Assembly (NCBI RefSeq): GCF_009914755.1
Contig: NC_060942.1
Source: the human T2T-CHM13v2.0 reference genome, Homo sapiens
Direction: 5' to 3' (one strand)
Length of the DNA stretch: 64,000 nucleotides
In this document: positions 34,271-48,701 of the stretch, one piece after another
How the letters are laid out: each line of letters begins with the position of its first letter
How positions within the stretch are numbered: the stretch's first letter is position 1
Program-made: the position numbers and the translations under genes
The notes under the pieces: model-generated
Databases searched by the model: none
What the model saw: the letters and a program-made list of their open reading frames with translations, nothing else
What the model was told of the DNA's origin: nothing

Positions 34271-35698
34271 AACTAATTAGGATTTAGATGAAGAGGCAAC
34301 ATATCTTCTTACGTACTAACATTTTTTTTCTAATGTTAAAAATTATTTTGAGGCTTGCCTCTAGGATTGAAACATTTTCATGCAGTGAAGGATAAAGTGG
34401 AGTCTTACGTTCTTCAAGAGCCAGTTGGTGTACACATTACAATGATATGTTTAAAGCTCCGATGAATAAAATTGTGTAGTTACTAACTTAACCAATTTGC
34501 AAGAGAACTATTCTATGGTTTGCAGAAATATTAAGAAATAGTTACTGTTCTGAAAACATTTTTAACAGTTGAACAGTTTTTCCTTTTATTCTAAAAGATG
34601 TTAAATATTGTCATTAAAATCATTATGATTTCATATTGCTTTTAAAAAGTCATAAATGCAGAAGATCTAGTTTATTTTCTTAGTGTACGATTAGGCAGAT
34701 TATCTTGTTGTTTTAATAGTTAGTGCAAACACTTCAAATATGCTAAACAGAACTGACTGAGAGTCCATTACATTTCAAGGGCACTGGTGAGACTGTGGCA
34801 GTAGGGTTGAAAACCATTAATCCATCCTTTTCATCTCTTTTATTACTTTTACTTAGAGTTTATATTAGGAAATATTTCACAAACATTGTGTTTCTGCTGT
34901 TAAGGCTTATATCCACGTTTTGAGACATAATTTTTTTATGATGTCTTTGCATATTATATCATAGGCTTTTTTAGGGCAGACTAATAATAGCTTTCCCTTT
35001 TTGCCCACAAAGGGCCATCTTTGGGGGAAAAAAAAGCATCTTTAGAAAATTCTGTCGATGTGGCAACTTTAGAATCTTTTGAAAAGCTTTAGAATCTTTT
35101 GAAAATGTTACCTATTTTGAAAACTTTAATAAGAACATGCTTCTATCTATCACTTAAGCTAGAAGTGGGAATGCTGCATATGGATAAAAGTGGAGGGGGC
35201 TGTGCCAGTTTTTGGTACTACATTAAGGAGAAAAATGTAATATTACCTCTAGTCATCAGATTTCCTTGCATAATTTGGCATATGTTACCTTCAGAGATTT
35301 TCTAAATCACTGGACACAGACATTTCTGGAACATAAATAATGAACAGAATCACTTTAATAAAATTCAAATCACTGATATTTTTGAGTACTTATTAATTGC
35401 CAAGAACTGTGTTAAGCACTTATTGAAGTTTGGATGGGCACATTCTTTCTTACATATCTTTGCATAATACTTCCCTGATTTTCAAAGAATAGGTTACATG
35501 TGCTTGTATTTAGCCAATCAAAATATTTACCATAATCTATCGTAGCTGCCTTTTTACTTGCCTGTTTCTCATTAGACTATAAACTCCAATAGTGCAGGTT
35601 TAATGTCTGCCATATTTGTTCTTCCTGTATCCTGAACATTACAGGCACCTAGGCTCACACCTCAAACATAATAGTTGTTGTATAAATATTTATTAATT

Positions 35699-35991
35699 GG
35701 CTGGGCACGATGGCTCAAGCCTGTAATCCCAGAACTTTGGGAGGCCAAGGCAGGTGGATCACGAGGTCAGAAGTTCAAGATAATCCTGGCCAAGATGGTG
35801 AAACCCCGTCTCTACTAAAAATACAAAAATTAGCCAAATGTGGTGGCAGGCACCTGTAATCTCAGCCACTTGGGAGGCTGAGGCAGAGAATTGCTTGAAC
35901 CCAGGAGGCGGAGGTTGCAGTGAGCCGAGATCGTGCCACTGCACTCTAGCCTGGGCGACAGAGTGAGACTCCGTCTCAACAAATAAATAAA
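35699..35991 (+). mobile_element. AluS
   Basis: Full Alu with tattaatt flanks on both sides. Confidence 0.95.
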
Positions 35992-36149
35992 TATTAATTG
36001 AATAATGATCAGTGTCCAGAAAAAAATATTTTTTTAAGACTAGGAAACAGCGAAGAATGACAACATAAAAATCAGAACAATTTATTATTAAAACATATTA
36101 ATTTTCAACACACAATCCCTTTAAAAGAAAATATATGTCAGGGTGGCAT

Positions 36150-36530
36150 GCACATTCTCTTTTTAATATCTAGCAATATTTGAGAATTTATTTGCTACTC
36201 ATAATGGGTAAGTTTGCATGAATTATCTCATTAAATCTTTTCAACACCATACCTTCATTCTACAGGTAGGGAACTGAGGCTTAGAGAGGATAAATGATAT
36301 CTCAAAATCTCACAGACAGTGAGTATACAATACAAGTTTGAACTCTGCTCTTTCTTACTTCCCGAGCTCAAGCTTTGAGTCAATCAATATTTGGAATGCC
36401 AACTTAATCAGAAGGGAAACTCAGAGAAGTGAAATAATTTCATGAGGACACAGAGCTGGTAAATGACAGAACGTGGCATTAAACCAAATTTGCACAGGTC
36501 CAAAGGTTGTGAGGCTTTAATCCAGGCCAC
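36150..36530. mobile_element. MIR remnants
   Basis: 'cattctacaggtagggaactgaggcttagagagg' and 'gggaaactcagagaagtgaaataatt' MIR cores. Confidence 0.7.
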
Positions 36531-37082
36531 TGTCTTCTTTCTTTTAATAATAAATGCATTTTTCACTGATTTAATAAACCATGAATCAAGTACCATCCTA
36601 ATCATGCTGGACAGATCATGGCCCTTAACTGTTTCTCCTGACAATTACATAAGAAAGGACTGGTTAGTTTGTTATTGTTTTTAGCTAAATCAGAGTAAAT
36701 AATTATTGGATAAGACAACATTGACATTTTATTTTCCAGTCTATTATTCTTACATCTGCCTTGGTTTTCACCCTTCATTAATGATACCTAAGAAGAGATA
36801 TGTAAAAAGAAAAAAAGCCCAAGTAAGACGCTATTGGAATAAAGATGCATTGATGCTACCTACCATGCCCATGGAAAGAACTCGGTATTCTTGTATGCTT
36901 AAGAAATTTTGTGAAAGTCAAATCAAACATAGAAAATATATCATATGCTAAAATAAAGAGTGACTTGGGCAATAGGTGATGCATTATTTATGCATCTATG
37001 AAATATGATTTCTCTTGCTTAAATGGTGTTCTGCCGTGCTACATTTTCTGTTATGAGACATGCTGATGATGCCTCTTTTTGA

Positions 37083-37295
<213 letters not shown>

Positions 37296-37419
37296 TGATT
37301 TTTTTTATTCTATTAAGGGGAATTAATGATTTATTTTGAATTATTGTATTTCTTGGAAAACTGTTCCCTGGTATGATGGTTTCAACTTACAGCATGTATT
37401 AGCTCTGAAAGCAACTGTC

Positions 37420-37424
<5 letters not shown>

Positions 37425-37458
<34 letters not shown>

Positions 37459-37478
37459 ACACACACAGGCACACATAT
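37425..37478. repeat. Interrupted (CA)n microsatellite
   Basis: Read directly; 140 nt downstream of the exon donor. Confidence 0.95.
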
Positions 37479-40400
37479 ACATTTCTTTGAATTTGGGATT
37501 TCAGGAATTTGATCTAGAGAGATCTGTAATGGCAGTTGCTCTGGTGTGTGCCCTTGCTTATGGGTTATAGGATACAAAAAGTGCGTTGGGCCATTTTTCT
37601 TTTTCCAGTGGTCAATGGAAACTTCTGATCCTAATAATTTCTATAAAAAGAAAGTCAACACATTTTTCATCTTTGTTGTTGTCACTGGGAAAATGTTCTG
37701 TTAATTTTTCTTTAACCTTGAAATATCTAGTCATAGTGCCTTCTTTACCGTTAACATTCCAAATATGAATGTTAAAGGCTGTGTCATTATGACTGCAAAA
37801 GAAGATGAAAGAAGGAATTTTCAGTCAAGACAATACATTAGAATGATAAAACTCCATCCTGCATGTTTCCCTGCCCCTACCAATCTAGGTTCTCTTATTG
37901 TACTCAACTCAACCTCATTTTTTACTGAATACAATACTTCAGTTGTGATATTCTGAATTCATTGAAAACGTGTTCATTCAGAGAGGTCTAATGTGTGTAA
38001 AAGTGTTCATATTCATTTTAGATCTGATTTCCCATAGTGCTGTAGGAGTTTGTATTATTAACACAGAGAAATAAAGTAAATATAATATATCAGGATGCCA
38101 GTAAGTTAAACAATTTTCATAAAGCAAAATGTAAGTTGATTCTACCTGTTGATTTAATACCGTATTACATGACCCCACTGGAAATGCAGCTTGATTGGGC
38201 AGGCAGGGTGTAGGGGGTGGGGGGATCTGCTACTTATTTGCAGTGTCTCTCACAAACAGAACATTTGTGATGAGAAGCCTGATTTGAATTTGAATAGCTA
38301 AAATGCAGTAGCAAGAAAAGATTTTCTCAGTAAAGGAAGAAAATTGCACTGACCCATTCTCTCTATAATTGCTTCAAACACTAATAAGAGAAACACCTAC
38401 TGGAAATCTCCACAATTTATTTAGCTTGGCGTTTAGAAATAATATTCTTTCCATCAGTTCCTGAGTTTGAATGTAAAGGCAATCACAAAACTCATATTTT
38501 ATGGCTATCAAGCCTATGTCAAGGGACTCTCACTTATCCATTATTCAGCATCCACCATCTTTGACAGTTCATCTTGATGCCACTCAACAGACAGAGGGAG
38601 GGAGGTGCCCATGGCAGTAAATGGCTCCCAGGCAATGAGAATGTGCTGCAAACTCAGAAGGAAGTCAGGAGGGAAACTGCATTGTTGACCCTATCCTTTT
38701 TCTAATGATTCTCTTCGTTACCAAAAAAAACTTGCCAGAGGTCTCCAAATTTAGTCAAGTTGACGCATTTGGGAGATTAACGTTGGCAAATCTCCCCAAA
38801 TGCTTAACAAGAAAAACAGAAAACTCTGGAAAATATATTCTAAAGAGCTAGGAATATTTTTAAAGGTAAATTGGGATATGAACCTGTCTCAGTAATAATT
38901 ATGAGTTTGCACTCTACAACTTACCTGGAAAGAGTAATTACATACACACATAGATAGGTATGTAAGTTCTACTAGTTGATACTCTTTTAACATAGTCTCA
39001 TGTGTTAATATGAAATACAGTAATTAGCATGTTGTTGTTCATTAAATATCCTCATGGTTATGCAAATGAACTGCTATTTTTCCAATATGTGTTTTCACTA
39101 TTTAGCCAAAGTGTGTGTGAGAGACATACCCTAAGCTCTAATCTTTATAAAGATAAGGATTTATTCAAGTCCACGTTCATGCTGCAAATAAATCACCAAT
39201 TGTTTTATTTATTCTATTGAGCATTAAAATCAACACATCAGTTTCCATAGTAACTTTTTGAGAAGGTATTTATAACTTTTTTTAATTTTTAAAGTTTTTG
39301 GAAGGCAAAGCTCTCTAGTCATTACATATACATAATAAAGAAAATGAAATTTTATGTTTTAAGGACTGTATGACAGTTATACAACTAAAAGTGAATTAAA
39401 GTAAGTTTAATTCATTTAAGCATAGGGTCAGCCATAACTTCAAGTATCATGGTTGTATATTAAACTATAAAAAAGCTATTTGTTTTATAATTGACTAATA
39501 AACCCCTTCATCTATTTCATGAGAGAGCAAGACTTCTAAACAGCATTTTATTTGCAGTTTAGACACCAGACACTGTGATCAGCTTCAGGACTGGAAATAC
39601 AAGAACATTTTGAGTAATATCTAATATTACCTAATTAAAAGCAAACAAACAACTTGCCTGCTATAGGCATAGAGCTTCATTAATCAATGACTATTAAATA
39701 TTTATAATTAATCTATTGACATTTTACTCCTTTTAGTTCAAGAGCCCTAGTGCCAGACTTGAAGTATGATATAGACCCAAAATTAATTTGAAACCAAACC
39801 ACTTTTAAAACTCACTATCTACCTACCAATTGATCTATTTATCTATCAATTTATCTATCTTTATATCTTTATTCAGATATTATTTATATACAGTACATTG
39901 TGTACATTAAAAGTGTACTTTTTGGCATTTTTAAAAGAGCATTATTGAGGTATAATATTTGTTTAATAAAGTATATCTTTATAATTTCTCTAATTTATCT
40001 CAGTAATATTTTATAGTTTCAAATGTAAAGGTCTTCAATGTTTATGTTAAACTTATTCCTAAATACATATGTATATGTAGGAATATACATATATTAGAAA
40101 TACCCAAATATATATATATATATATGGATATAAATACATATATATTTGGATATATATATTTGAATATATGAACATATATTTAGGACTGTTTAAATTATGC
40201 ATATATATTTGAATATTCCTAAATATATATACATATGTATATTATATATATTTGAATTATTTTAAATAGAACTGTTTTTAAAATTTATTTTAAATAAATT
40301 TTTACTATAGTGGATTTATAGATGTATTATATAATGTATATATAGATGTATTGTGGTATTTATAAATGTGTAGAATACAAGAGATTTTTTAATGCTAACC

Positions 40401-41791
40401 TTGTATCCTAATATCTGCTAAATTTACCTATATATTCCATTAGTTTTTTAGATTATCTAAAATTTTCTGTTTAATCAAACATATCTATGTGAACAGAAAG
40501 TTTTATATTTAGTTTCTGATCTCTGTCCCTTTTATTTCTTTCTGTTGCCTTATTTCAGTGATTAGGATCTGTAGTAAAATACTGGATAAAAGTGCTGAAA
40601 GCAGGTATCTTTCCTTTGTGTCTGATCTTAGGAGAAAAAAATTTAGTCTTTACCATGAAATAGGTTATTACCTCTGGTCTCTTTAAGCCTTTTGTGAGAT
40701 TAAAGAAATGCTATACTCTTTCTAGTTTTCTAGAAATTCTGGTCATGAATATTTGTTGAATTTTATTAGATAACTTTCTATCTTTTGAAATGAACTTTTT
40801 TTTTCTTTTTTTAAAATACGGTGAATTACATTGATTGATTTTTGAAGGGTAACCAACCTTGAATTTCCTATATAAATCCTGTGTGGCCATCATGTATTAT
40901 CCTTTTCTTATGTTGTTTAATTTGATTTGTTAATGCTTATTAAGGATTTTTTGTGCCTATATTCAGTAGGTTATATATTTGTCTACAATTTTCTTTTCCT
41001 ATAGTGTCTATATACTGTTTCTCTTTTACTCCAGTTAGATTGGCTCATAAAATGAGCTGGATAGTATTTACTCCCCTTCTGTTACAGAAAATTTGTGTAA
41101 AATGGATTTTATTTATTTCTTAAGTATTTTATAGATTTCACTAATGAAATCATCTGGACCTGAGATTTTTTTTATAGGAAGGCTTTGATAATAGATTTAA
41201 TTTTTTATACAGATATAGGTCTGATTTGCAAACTTTCTTGTATTGATTTTGCTAAGTTAAATTTTTAATAAAATCCATCCATTTCATTTTGTCTCTTGTT
41301 GGCACAGTTATTCATAATGTTTTCTTTATCTGTTATCTATGGTTATTAACTGATTTTTCATTTCTCATATTGGTCTTTTCTTGTTCCTGTCTTTTTTTTG
41401 TGATATCTAGACAGAGATTTACTAATTTTGTTGATCTTGTCAAAGAAAGAGCCTTTGACATTACTAACTTTTCTATTATCTATCTATTTTATTTCTTTCA
41501 TTTCTACTGTTATCTTGACTACTTCCCTCCTGATACTTATTTTAGTTCTGGTCTTCTCTTCTATTTCTAATTTATTGACATATGAACTTTATAATGTATA
41601 CATCCATTGTTGTTCCTCTAGGTATCATTTTACTTGCATTCCACAAATTTTGATATGTTGTATTTTTATTACCATTTAGTTCAAAGCATTTCCTAATTTT
41701 CCTGTGATGTGTTATTCTCCCTAAGTTATTTAGCAAGGTGTTACTTAATTTTCAAATTTTGGGATTTTCCTAGTTATCTTGTTATTATTGG

Positions 41792-42117
41792 TTTTCTTTT
41801 CTTTCTTTTCGTTTTTCTTTTTTTTTTTTTTTTTTTTTTGAGCCACAGTCTCACTTTGTTGCCCAGGCTGGAGTGCAGTGGTGTGATCTTGGCTCACTTC
41901 TACCTCTGCCTCCCAGGTTCAAGCAATCTCCTGCCTCAGCTTCCCAAGTAGCTGGGATTACAAGCGTGCGCCATCGTGCCTGGCTAATTTTTGTATTTTT
42001 AGTGGAGACGGGGTTGCACAATCTTGTCCATGCTGGTCTTGAACTCCTGATGTCATGATCCATCCACCTCAGCCTCTCAAGTGCTGGGACTGCAGGTATG
42101 AACCACCACACCCAGCC
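41792..42117 (-). mobile_element. AluS
   Basis: T tail and full Alu body. Confidence 0.94.
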
Positions 42118-42196
42118 TAAATTTGAGTTATTAATAGCACTTTAGCAATATGTCTGATATTGCATATTGCAGTAAGATTATATTGCATATTGCAGT

Positions 42197-42298
42197 GAGG
42201 TTGCAGTGAGCCAAGATCTTGCCTTTGCACTCCAGCCTGGGTGACAGAGCAAGACTCTGTCTTGGAAAAAAAAAAAAAAGGAAAGAAAAGAAAAGAAA
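42197..42298 (+). mobile_element. Alu 3' fragment
   Basis: gaggttgcagtgagccaagatc...A tail. Confidence 0.9.
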
Positions 42299-42310
42299 TA
42301 TGTCTTATAA

Positions 42311-42650
42311 GAGATCAGCTGACTTTTTCTATAATGGACCAGAGACTAAATACTTTAGGCTTCACAGACCATATAATAGTCTCTGTCACCACTCCTCAAC
42401 TCTGCTATTAGAGCATGAAAGCAGCCAAAGACAATACATACACAAATAAACATAGCTGTGTCCTAATAAAACTTTATTTGTGGACCCAAGAATCCATAAT
42501 TTAATATAATTTTTATATATTATAAACTTTTATATGTTATAAAATTCTGTCTTTTTTAATTTTAGCAACTATTTAAATATATAAAAACCATTATTAACTC
42601 ATGGTCTATACAAAAACAGTGGCCCCTCAACTATAATTTACTGATTCCTG
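42311..42650. mobile_element. MER58-type (hAT-Charlie) DNA transposon fossil
   Basis: 'actttttctataatggaccagagactaaatactttaggctt...agctgtgtcctaataaaactttattt' matches MER58. The ~340-bp length suggests MER58B. Confidence 0.8.
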
Positions 42651-43363
42651 CTCTTAGTGATTGCTCTAGGAGATACCATATATGTATTTAATCTTTCCCA
42701 CTTTATTTAGGCTAACATTGTAGCACATCATATAAAACATAGAAACCTGCAACTGCACAGGTCTCTTTATCATATGGACTATTCCTTTTGTTGTAATTGT
42801 CATATGTATTACATGTACATGCATTGAAAATCCCATTAGACAGTCTTATATATTTATTGTATTATGCAGTCATGAATTTTTTTAAGACATAAGGGGAAAC
42901 TATGATGTTTTCTATTTACCCAGATATATGACATTTCTTATGCTTTTCATTTGTACCTGAAGATGAAGTTCTTATCCAATGTTATTTCCCTTTAGATTGA
43001 AAATCTTCCTTTACCATTTCTTTGTAGTTCAGTCAGGTGGCAACAACTTTTCTTCGTTTTGCTTTATCTGAAAATATCTTAATTCTACTTTTTTTTTCTG
43101 AAGGATATTTTCACTGGATATAGAATTCCGCATTGACAGATTTTTTTTTTCTTTTCTCCAGTTCTTTCAAGTTGTTGTCTCTCTGTATTCTTGACTCTAT
43201 GGTTTTTGATGAAAAACCATTAGAGTTTTAGACCATTGCAATTTAATGTAATTATACATATGGTTGAATTTTATTTTTGTTTACTGTTTGTCAGATTGCT
43301 TTTTTGTGTCCCTGTTTTCCCTTTCCTGACTTCTTTTGGATTATTTGAATTTTTTTGTTTTAA

Positions 43364-43530
43364 GTTTTATTATTATTATTATTTTTTCCTGAGATGACAT
43401 GTGGTTCTGTTGGCCAGGTTGGAGTACAGTGGAGCTCTCATGGCTCACTGCAGCCTTGACCTCCCAGGCTCAAGTAATCCTGCTGCCTCAGCCTCCTAAG
43501 TAGCTAGGAAAACAGGCATGTGTCAACATG
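43364..43530 (-). mobile_element. Old Alu right-arm fragment
   Basis: gctcactgcagccttgacctcccaggctcaag. Confidence 0.85.
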
Positions 43531-45008
43531 ACATTCAAAATGTTGTTAACCTGTAGTAATATATACTTTTTTATTTTTTTGCTGGGTGCTTTTAAGACTT
43601 CTTTAAAATATTTGATTTCCAGCAGCTAGATTATATTATATAGAGGCATAGTCATTTTTTACTATATCTTGCCTGTGTGTTTTATGCTTATTAAATCTGT
43701 AAATTTATGATTTCACCAATTTTGGTCATTTTGTCTTCAAATATTTTTCCCCACTATTCACCACATTCCCTCTGAGACTATAATTATATGTATTTTAGAC
43801 ATTTGAATTTTATCTTATACATTCTCACAACTGTGATGTTTTCTTTCGTTTTTTAACCTTTTTACTCTTTTCTTGATATTGAGTGATTTATCCTGTTCTA
43901 TTATCATGCTTACTGATAAATTCCTTCATTACCTCTATCTCATTGTTAGGCTCATATGGTAAAGGTCATTATATTTTAAAACATTGTCCTCTTTTTAATA
44001 TTACAATCTCCATTTTTTTCTACATTTTCTACTACTCTGTTGAGATTTTCTATACTCCTTGCAAGTATACTTTACCTCTGAGAGCATAGTTATAAAAGTT
44101 ACTTTAGCATGTTTCTCTGATAATTTCAACATCTGCACCATTTGGGTTGGGCATCTATTTGCTTTTTCACTTGAGAATGGACTATATTTACCATTTTTTT
44201 GGTATGTTGTATAATTTTAGACTATATGTTAGGCATTGTCAATGTTAAGTTGTAGAATCTGAGTTTTATTACAATCCTTGAAAATTTTTTGATATATTGG
44301 TTTTAGAAGGCAATCAACAGTTAGATTCAGATTGTGAGATCTATCTTGCTTTCTCTTCACAGCAATTAAAATCTTGGTTAAGTTTCCCAAGGCTTTGCTC
44401 TGCTGTTAGTGTTTAGGCTGAGACTTAGGCAAGTTTTAACTCAGAATCAGAACATCTCTATCTCCAGAACTCCTTTTTGTATACTTTTTGTAAACTGTTT
44501 CCCTCATCCCCTGAAACTACTTTCAGTGATTCTTCTGGCACAAAGTGGTGAGGGTTTCTACTGGAGTGACAGCTGACAGTACTGGGGTGCTTTCCATACT
44601 GCAAAATTTTCTTGGAGCAAAACAGAAAACTAATTCCAACGCTGGTCGCTTCATCAAGATCTTACTTAATTCCAAAATCCGCCTAGTTTTGTAAAATACT
44701 CAGACCTCATATAGTTGGGATTTTGGTTTTTGGGGGGATTGTTTTGTATCTTGTTTAGAGCCAGTGGCTGTTATCAGTGAGATGGATGAGCCAAAAAGAG
44801 CTTACACCATCAGAGAATAATTGGAAACTCACAGTCCCATTTTAAATATTTTTGGGCAGCTGTTATTGTGAACATTCTTGATAAAAATAAGATGACTTCC
44901 TGGGCAGTGTATTTAACATCTGAATTACATTTGGCACTATCGCACTTATTTACTAACAACATGTGTTAGAGGAACTAAAAATGACTCTGAAATATATAAC
45001 TTAGTTGC

Positions 45009-47270
45009 TATATTAGTCTGTTTTCATGCTGCTAATAAAGACATACTTGAGACTGTGCAATTTACAAAAGAAAGAGGTTTAATTGGACTTACAGTTCCAT
45101 GTGGCTGGGGAAGCATCACAATTATGGCAGAAGGCAAGGAGAAGCAAGTCACATCTTACATAGAGGGCAACAGGCAAAAAGAGAGCTTGTGCAGAGAAAC
45201 GCCCCTTTAAAAAACCATGAGATCTCATGAGGCTCATTCACTATCATAAGAACAGTGCAGGAAAGACCTGTTCCTATAATTCAGCCACCTCCCACTAGAT
45301 TCCTCCTACAACATGTGAGAATTGTTGGAGTTACAATTCAAGATGAGATTTGGGTGGGGACACAACGAAACCATATCATTCTGCCCCTGGCCCCTCCCAA
45401 ATCATATGTCCTCACATTTCAAAACCAAACATGCCTTCCCAGCAGTCCCCCAAAGTCTTATTTCAGCATTAACTCAAAAGTCCACAGTCCAATGTCTCAT
45501 CTGACACGAAGGAAGTCCCTTTCGCCTATGATCCTGTAAAATCAAAACCAAGTTAATTATTTCCTAGATACAATGCAGGGACAGACATCGGGTAAATACA
45601 GCCATTCCAAATGGGAGAAATTGGCCAAAACAAAGGGCTATAGGCCCCATGAAAGTCCAAAGTCCAGAGGGACAGTCAAATCTTAAAGCTCCAAAATGAT
45701 CTCCTTTGACTCCATGTCTCATATCCAGGTCACACTGATGCAAGACGTGGGTTCCCATCTTCTTGGGAAGCTCCACTCCTGTGGTTTTGCAGGGCACAGC
45801 CTCCCTCCTGGCTGCTTTTATAGGCTGGCATTGAGTGTCTGTGGCTTTTCCAAATGCACACTACAAGCTGTCAGTGGATCTAGCATTCTGGGGTCTGGAG
45901 GACAGTGGCCCTCTTCTGATAGCTCCACTAGGCAGTGCCCCAGTAGGGACTCTGTATGGGGGCTCTGATCCCACATTTTCCTTCTGCACTGCCCTAGCAG
46001 AGGTTCTCCACTGCCAGAAACTTCTGCCTGGACATCCAGGTTCCCAAACCCCAATTCTTGACTTCTGTGCACTGGCAGGCTCAACACTACATGGAAGCTG
46101 CCAAGACTTGAGGCTTACACCCACTGAAACCATGGCCCTATCTCTACATTGGCACCTTTCAGTCATGGCAGGAGTGGCTGGAACACAAGGCACCAAGTCC
46201 CTAGGCTGTACACAGCACAGGGACCCTGGGCCCAGCCCACAGAACCACTTTTTCCTCTGAGGCATCCAGGCCTGTCATGGGAGGGGCTGCACTGAAGACC
46301 TCTGACCAGCCCTGGAGACATTTTCTCCATTGTGTTGGTGATTAACATTTGGCTCCTTGTTACTTATGCAACTTTCTGCAGCTGGTTTGAATTTCTCCTC
46401 AGAAAAATCGGATTTTCTTTGCTATCACATTGTCTGGCTGCAAATTTTGCAAACTTTTATGCTTTGGTTCCCTTATAAAACTGGATGCCTTTAATGGCAC
46501 CAAAGTCACCTCTTGAATGCTTTGCTGCTGAGAAATTTATTCCGCTAGATACCCCAAATCATCTCCCTCAAGTTGAAAGTTCCACAGATCTCTAGGGCAG
46601 GGGCAGATGCCACCAGTCTCTTTGCCAAAATATAACAAGAGTCACCTTTGCTCCAGTTCCCAACAAGTTCCTCATTTCCATCTGAGACCACCTCAGCCTG
46701 GACTTTATTGTTCATATCGCTATCAGCCTTTTGGGCAAAGCCATTCAACAAGTCTCTAGGAAGTTCCAAACGTTTCCACATTGTCCTATCTTCTTCTGAG
46801 CCCTCCACACTGTTTCAACCTCTGCCTGTTACCCAGTTCCGAAGTCACTTCCCACATTTTCAGGTATCTTTTCAGCAACCTCCGACTCCTGGTACCAATT
46901 TACTATGTTAGTCTATTTTCACACTGCTTGTAAGACATACCCAAGACTGGGCAATTTACAAAAGAAAGGGGTTTAATTGGACTTACAGTTCCATGTGGCT
47001 GGGGAAACCTCACAATCATAGCTGAAGGCAAGGAAGAGCAAATCACAACCTACATGACTGGCAGCAGGCCAAAAGAGAGCTTGTGCATAGAAACTCCCTT
47101 TTTTAAAACCATCAAATCTCATGAGACTCATTCACTATCACGAGAGCAATGCAGGAAAGTCCTGCCCCCTTAATTCAATCACCACAAACCAGGTTCCTCC
47201 CATGACGTGGGAATTGTGGGAGTTACAAGTCAAGATGAGATTTGGGCGGGGACACAGCCAAACCATGTCA
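45009..47270 (-). mobile_element. Full-length THE1 MaLR retrotransposon (LTR-internal-LTR)
   Basis: 3' LTR 45009-45378, internal region 45379-46903, 5' LTR 46904-47270. Polypurine tract on the minus strand at 45379-45398. Perfect TSD GTTGC at 45004-45008 and 47271-47275. Confidence 0.96.
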
Positions 47271-48664
47271 GTTGCAAAAATAGAATTTTAAAGCAATCTT
47301 CTCACTAAAGTTGAACTTCTGACTAGTAATTTTAAAAAACTGAATTTGGCTTAGGCAGTTAAATAATCATTTTATAAAGTATAGTGTTCAACTTCTTAAA
47401 CAATGGAAAAGATAAAAAGTAACATAAAATACATTTACAATTCATGAGAATCAGAAAAAAAACAGATTATATATAAATATACAGACACAGCCATTGTTTT
47501 TCCAACTGATATTAAACAAACATGGCAAATATTCCTGTGAGGATTTATGTTCTTCCAATTCTAATTAGTCCATGTAAAACTATCATGTCTTAAGGAAAAT
47601 GAATCGAACTCGTTCACCGCCATTGATGTGGATTAACAAAGATGTATCGGGAATTAAGTTCTTAGAATTTAGCATTGCCATAGAAAGGAAGACTATACAA
47701 TTAAAACTTTTAGGGTTTTACATCTGTTACTCCTGAAATATTTTAACCATAGTACATAAATAACATAGGTTATTTCCATGAATACTCAATTGTAATTTCC
47801 TTTTATTCTTATCATCCTTTCAGTGATGCTTACTAGAAGACATTGTCTTAGTAGACTAGCAATTTAAAAACATAAGCTAAGCATACAAAAAAGTAAATAA
47901 ATATGGAATTAAGTGGAACTCTTAATCTGAGTGTAGATCCATATTTTTTGCCTCTCCATAATGTTTAATACTGGAAAAGTTTTTTGAGCTCTGGCTTTGT
48001 AATAGCTCAGTAAAAATAGAAAACAAAAGATGCTTTTAGTCCCTGTATCATGGTATCAGAGGGTTAACAGATTTTGAAAAAAGTCACTAGAAGTTGGAAA
48101 GTTGGTAATTCAAGAGCTGTAAATGTCAAACTTTATATTGTGGTCATTGCAATAATATGAAAATTTAATTAGTATTAATTTAAAAATCTAAACCACACAG
48201 TGATGCTCAGTTTGATGTGAAAGACAAAAACAGAAATTCCTAGTTTTAACTATAATATTCTGATTAGAAAATCTTGACTGACAGAATTACATTCATTCAA
48301 CATGAGTACTACTTGCTCAGAGAGAAGTGAGCGGGGATAAGAAAAGGTCACTCCATGAGATCATTACTCAGAGTATATCAGGAAGAATGGATTTTCTCTT
48401 TTATGATTTTTTTTTGAGATGAGTGTCTTCTAAACCTATAGCTGTTTTCAAGAAGTCTTTAAGGATAGCCACAGGGTGATTCATTAATAATACATACTAT
48501 TCTATTTGTAACTGTTTTCTTACTTTCTACTCCCTGAGGTCCAAAGCACAGGAATTGTCTTATACCTGGTGAATTTTCTAAAGCTATTTGGAAAAACTCC
48601 ATTACAAAAGATACTAGTATTGTATATTAGCATTGAACAGGAGAAGAAAAGATCTTCTCATTGA

Positions 48665-48670
48665 GTACAG

Positions 48671-48701
<31 letters not shown>

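Larger units (their letters stand above)
39960..44810 (-). mobile_element. Long, highly diverged L1M remnant with nested Alus, MER58 and an AT-rich patch (40060-40340)
   Basis: Antisense ORF2-like motifs ('ctaaccttgtatcct', 'tctgatcttaggagaaaa', 'ctcataaaatgagctgg') followed by ORF1/5' motifs ('gaaggatattttcactggatatagaattc'). Confidence 0.75.

Noticed and set aside
45255-46911. Multiple overlapping ORFs in the THE1 internal region
   Set aside because: They are short ORFs on both strands of a decayed non-autonomous MaLR, with no gag or pol motifs recognised.
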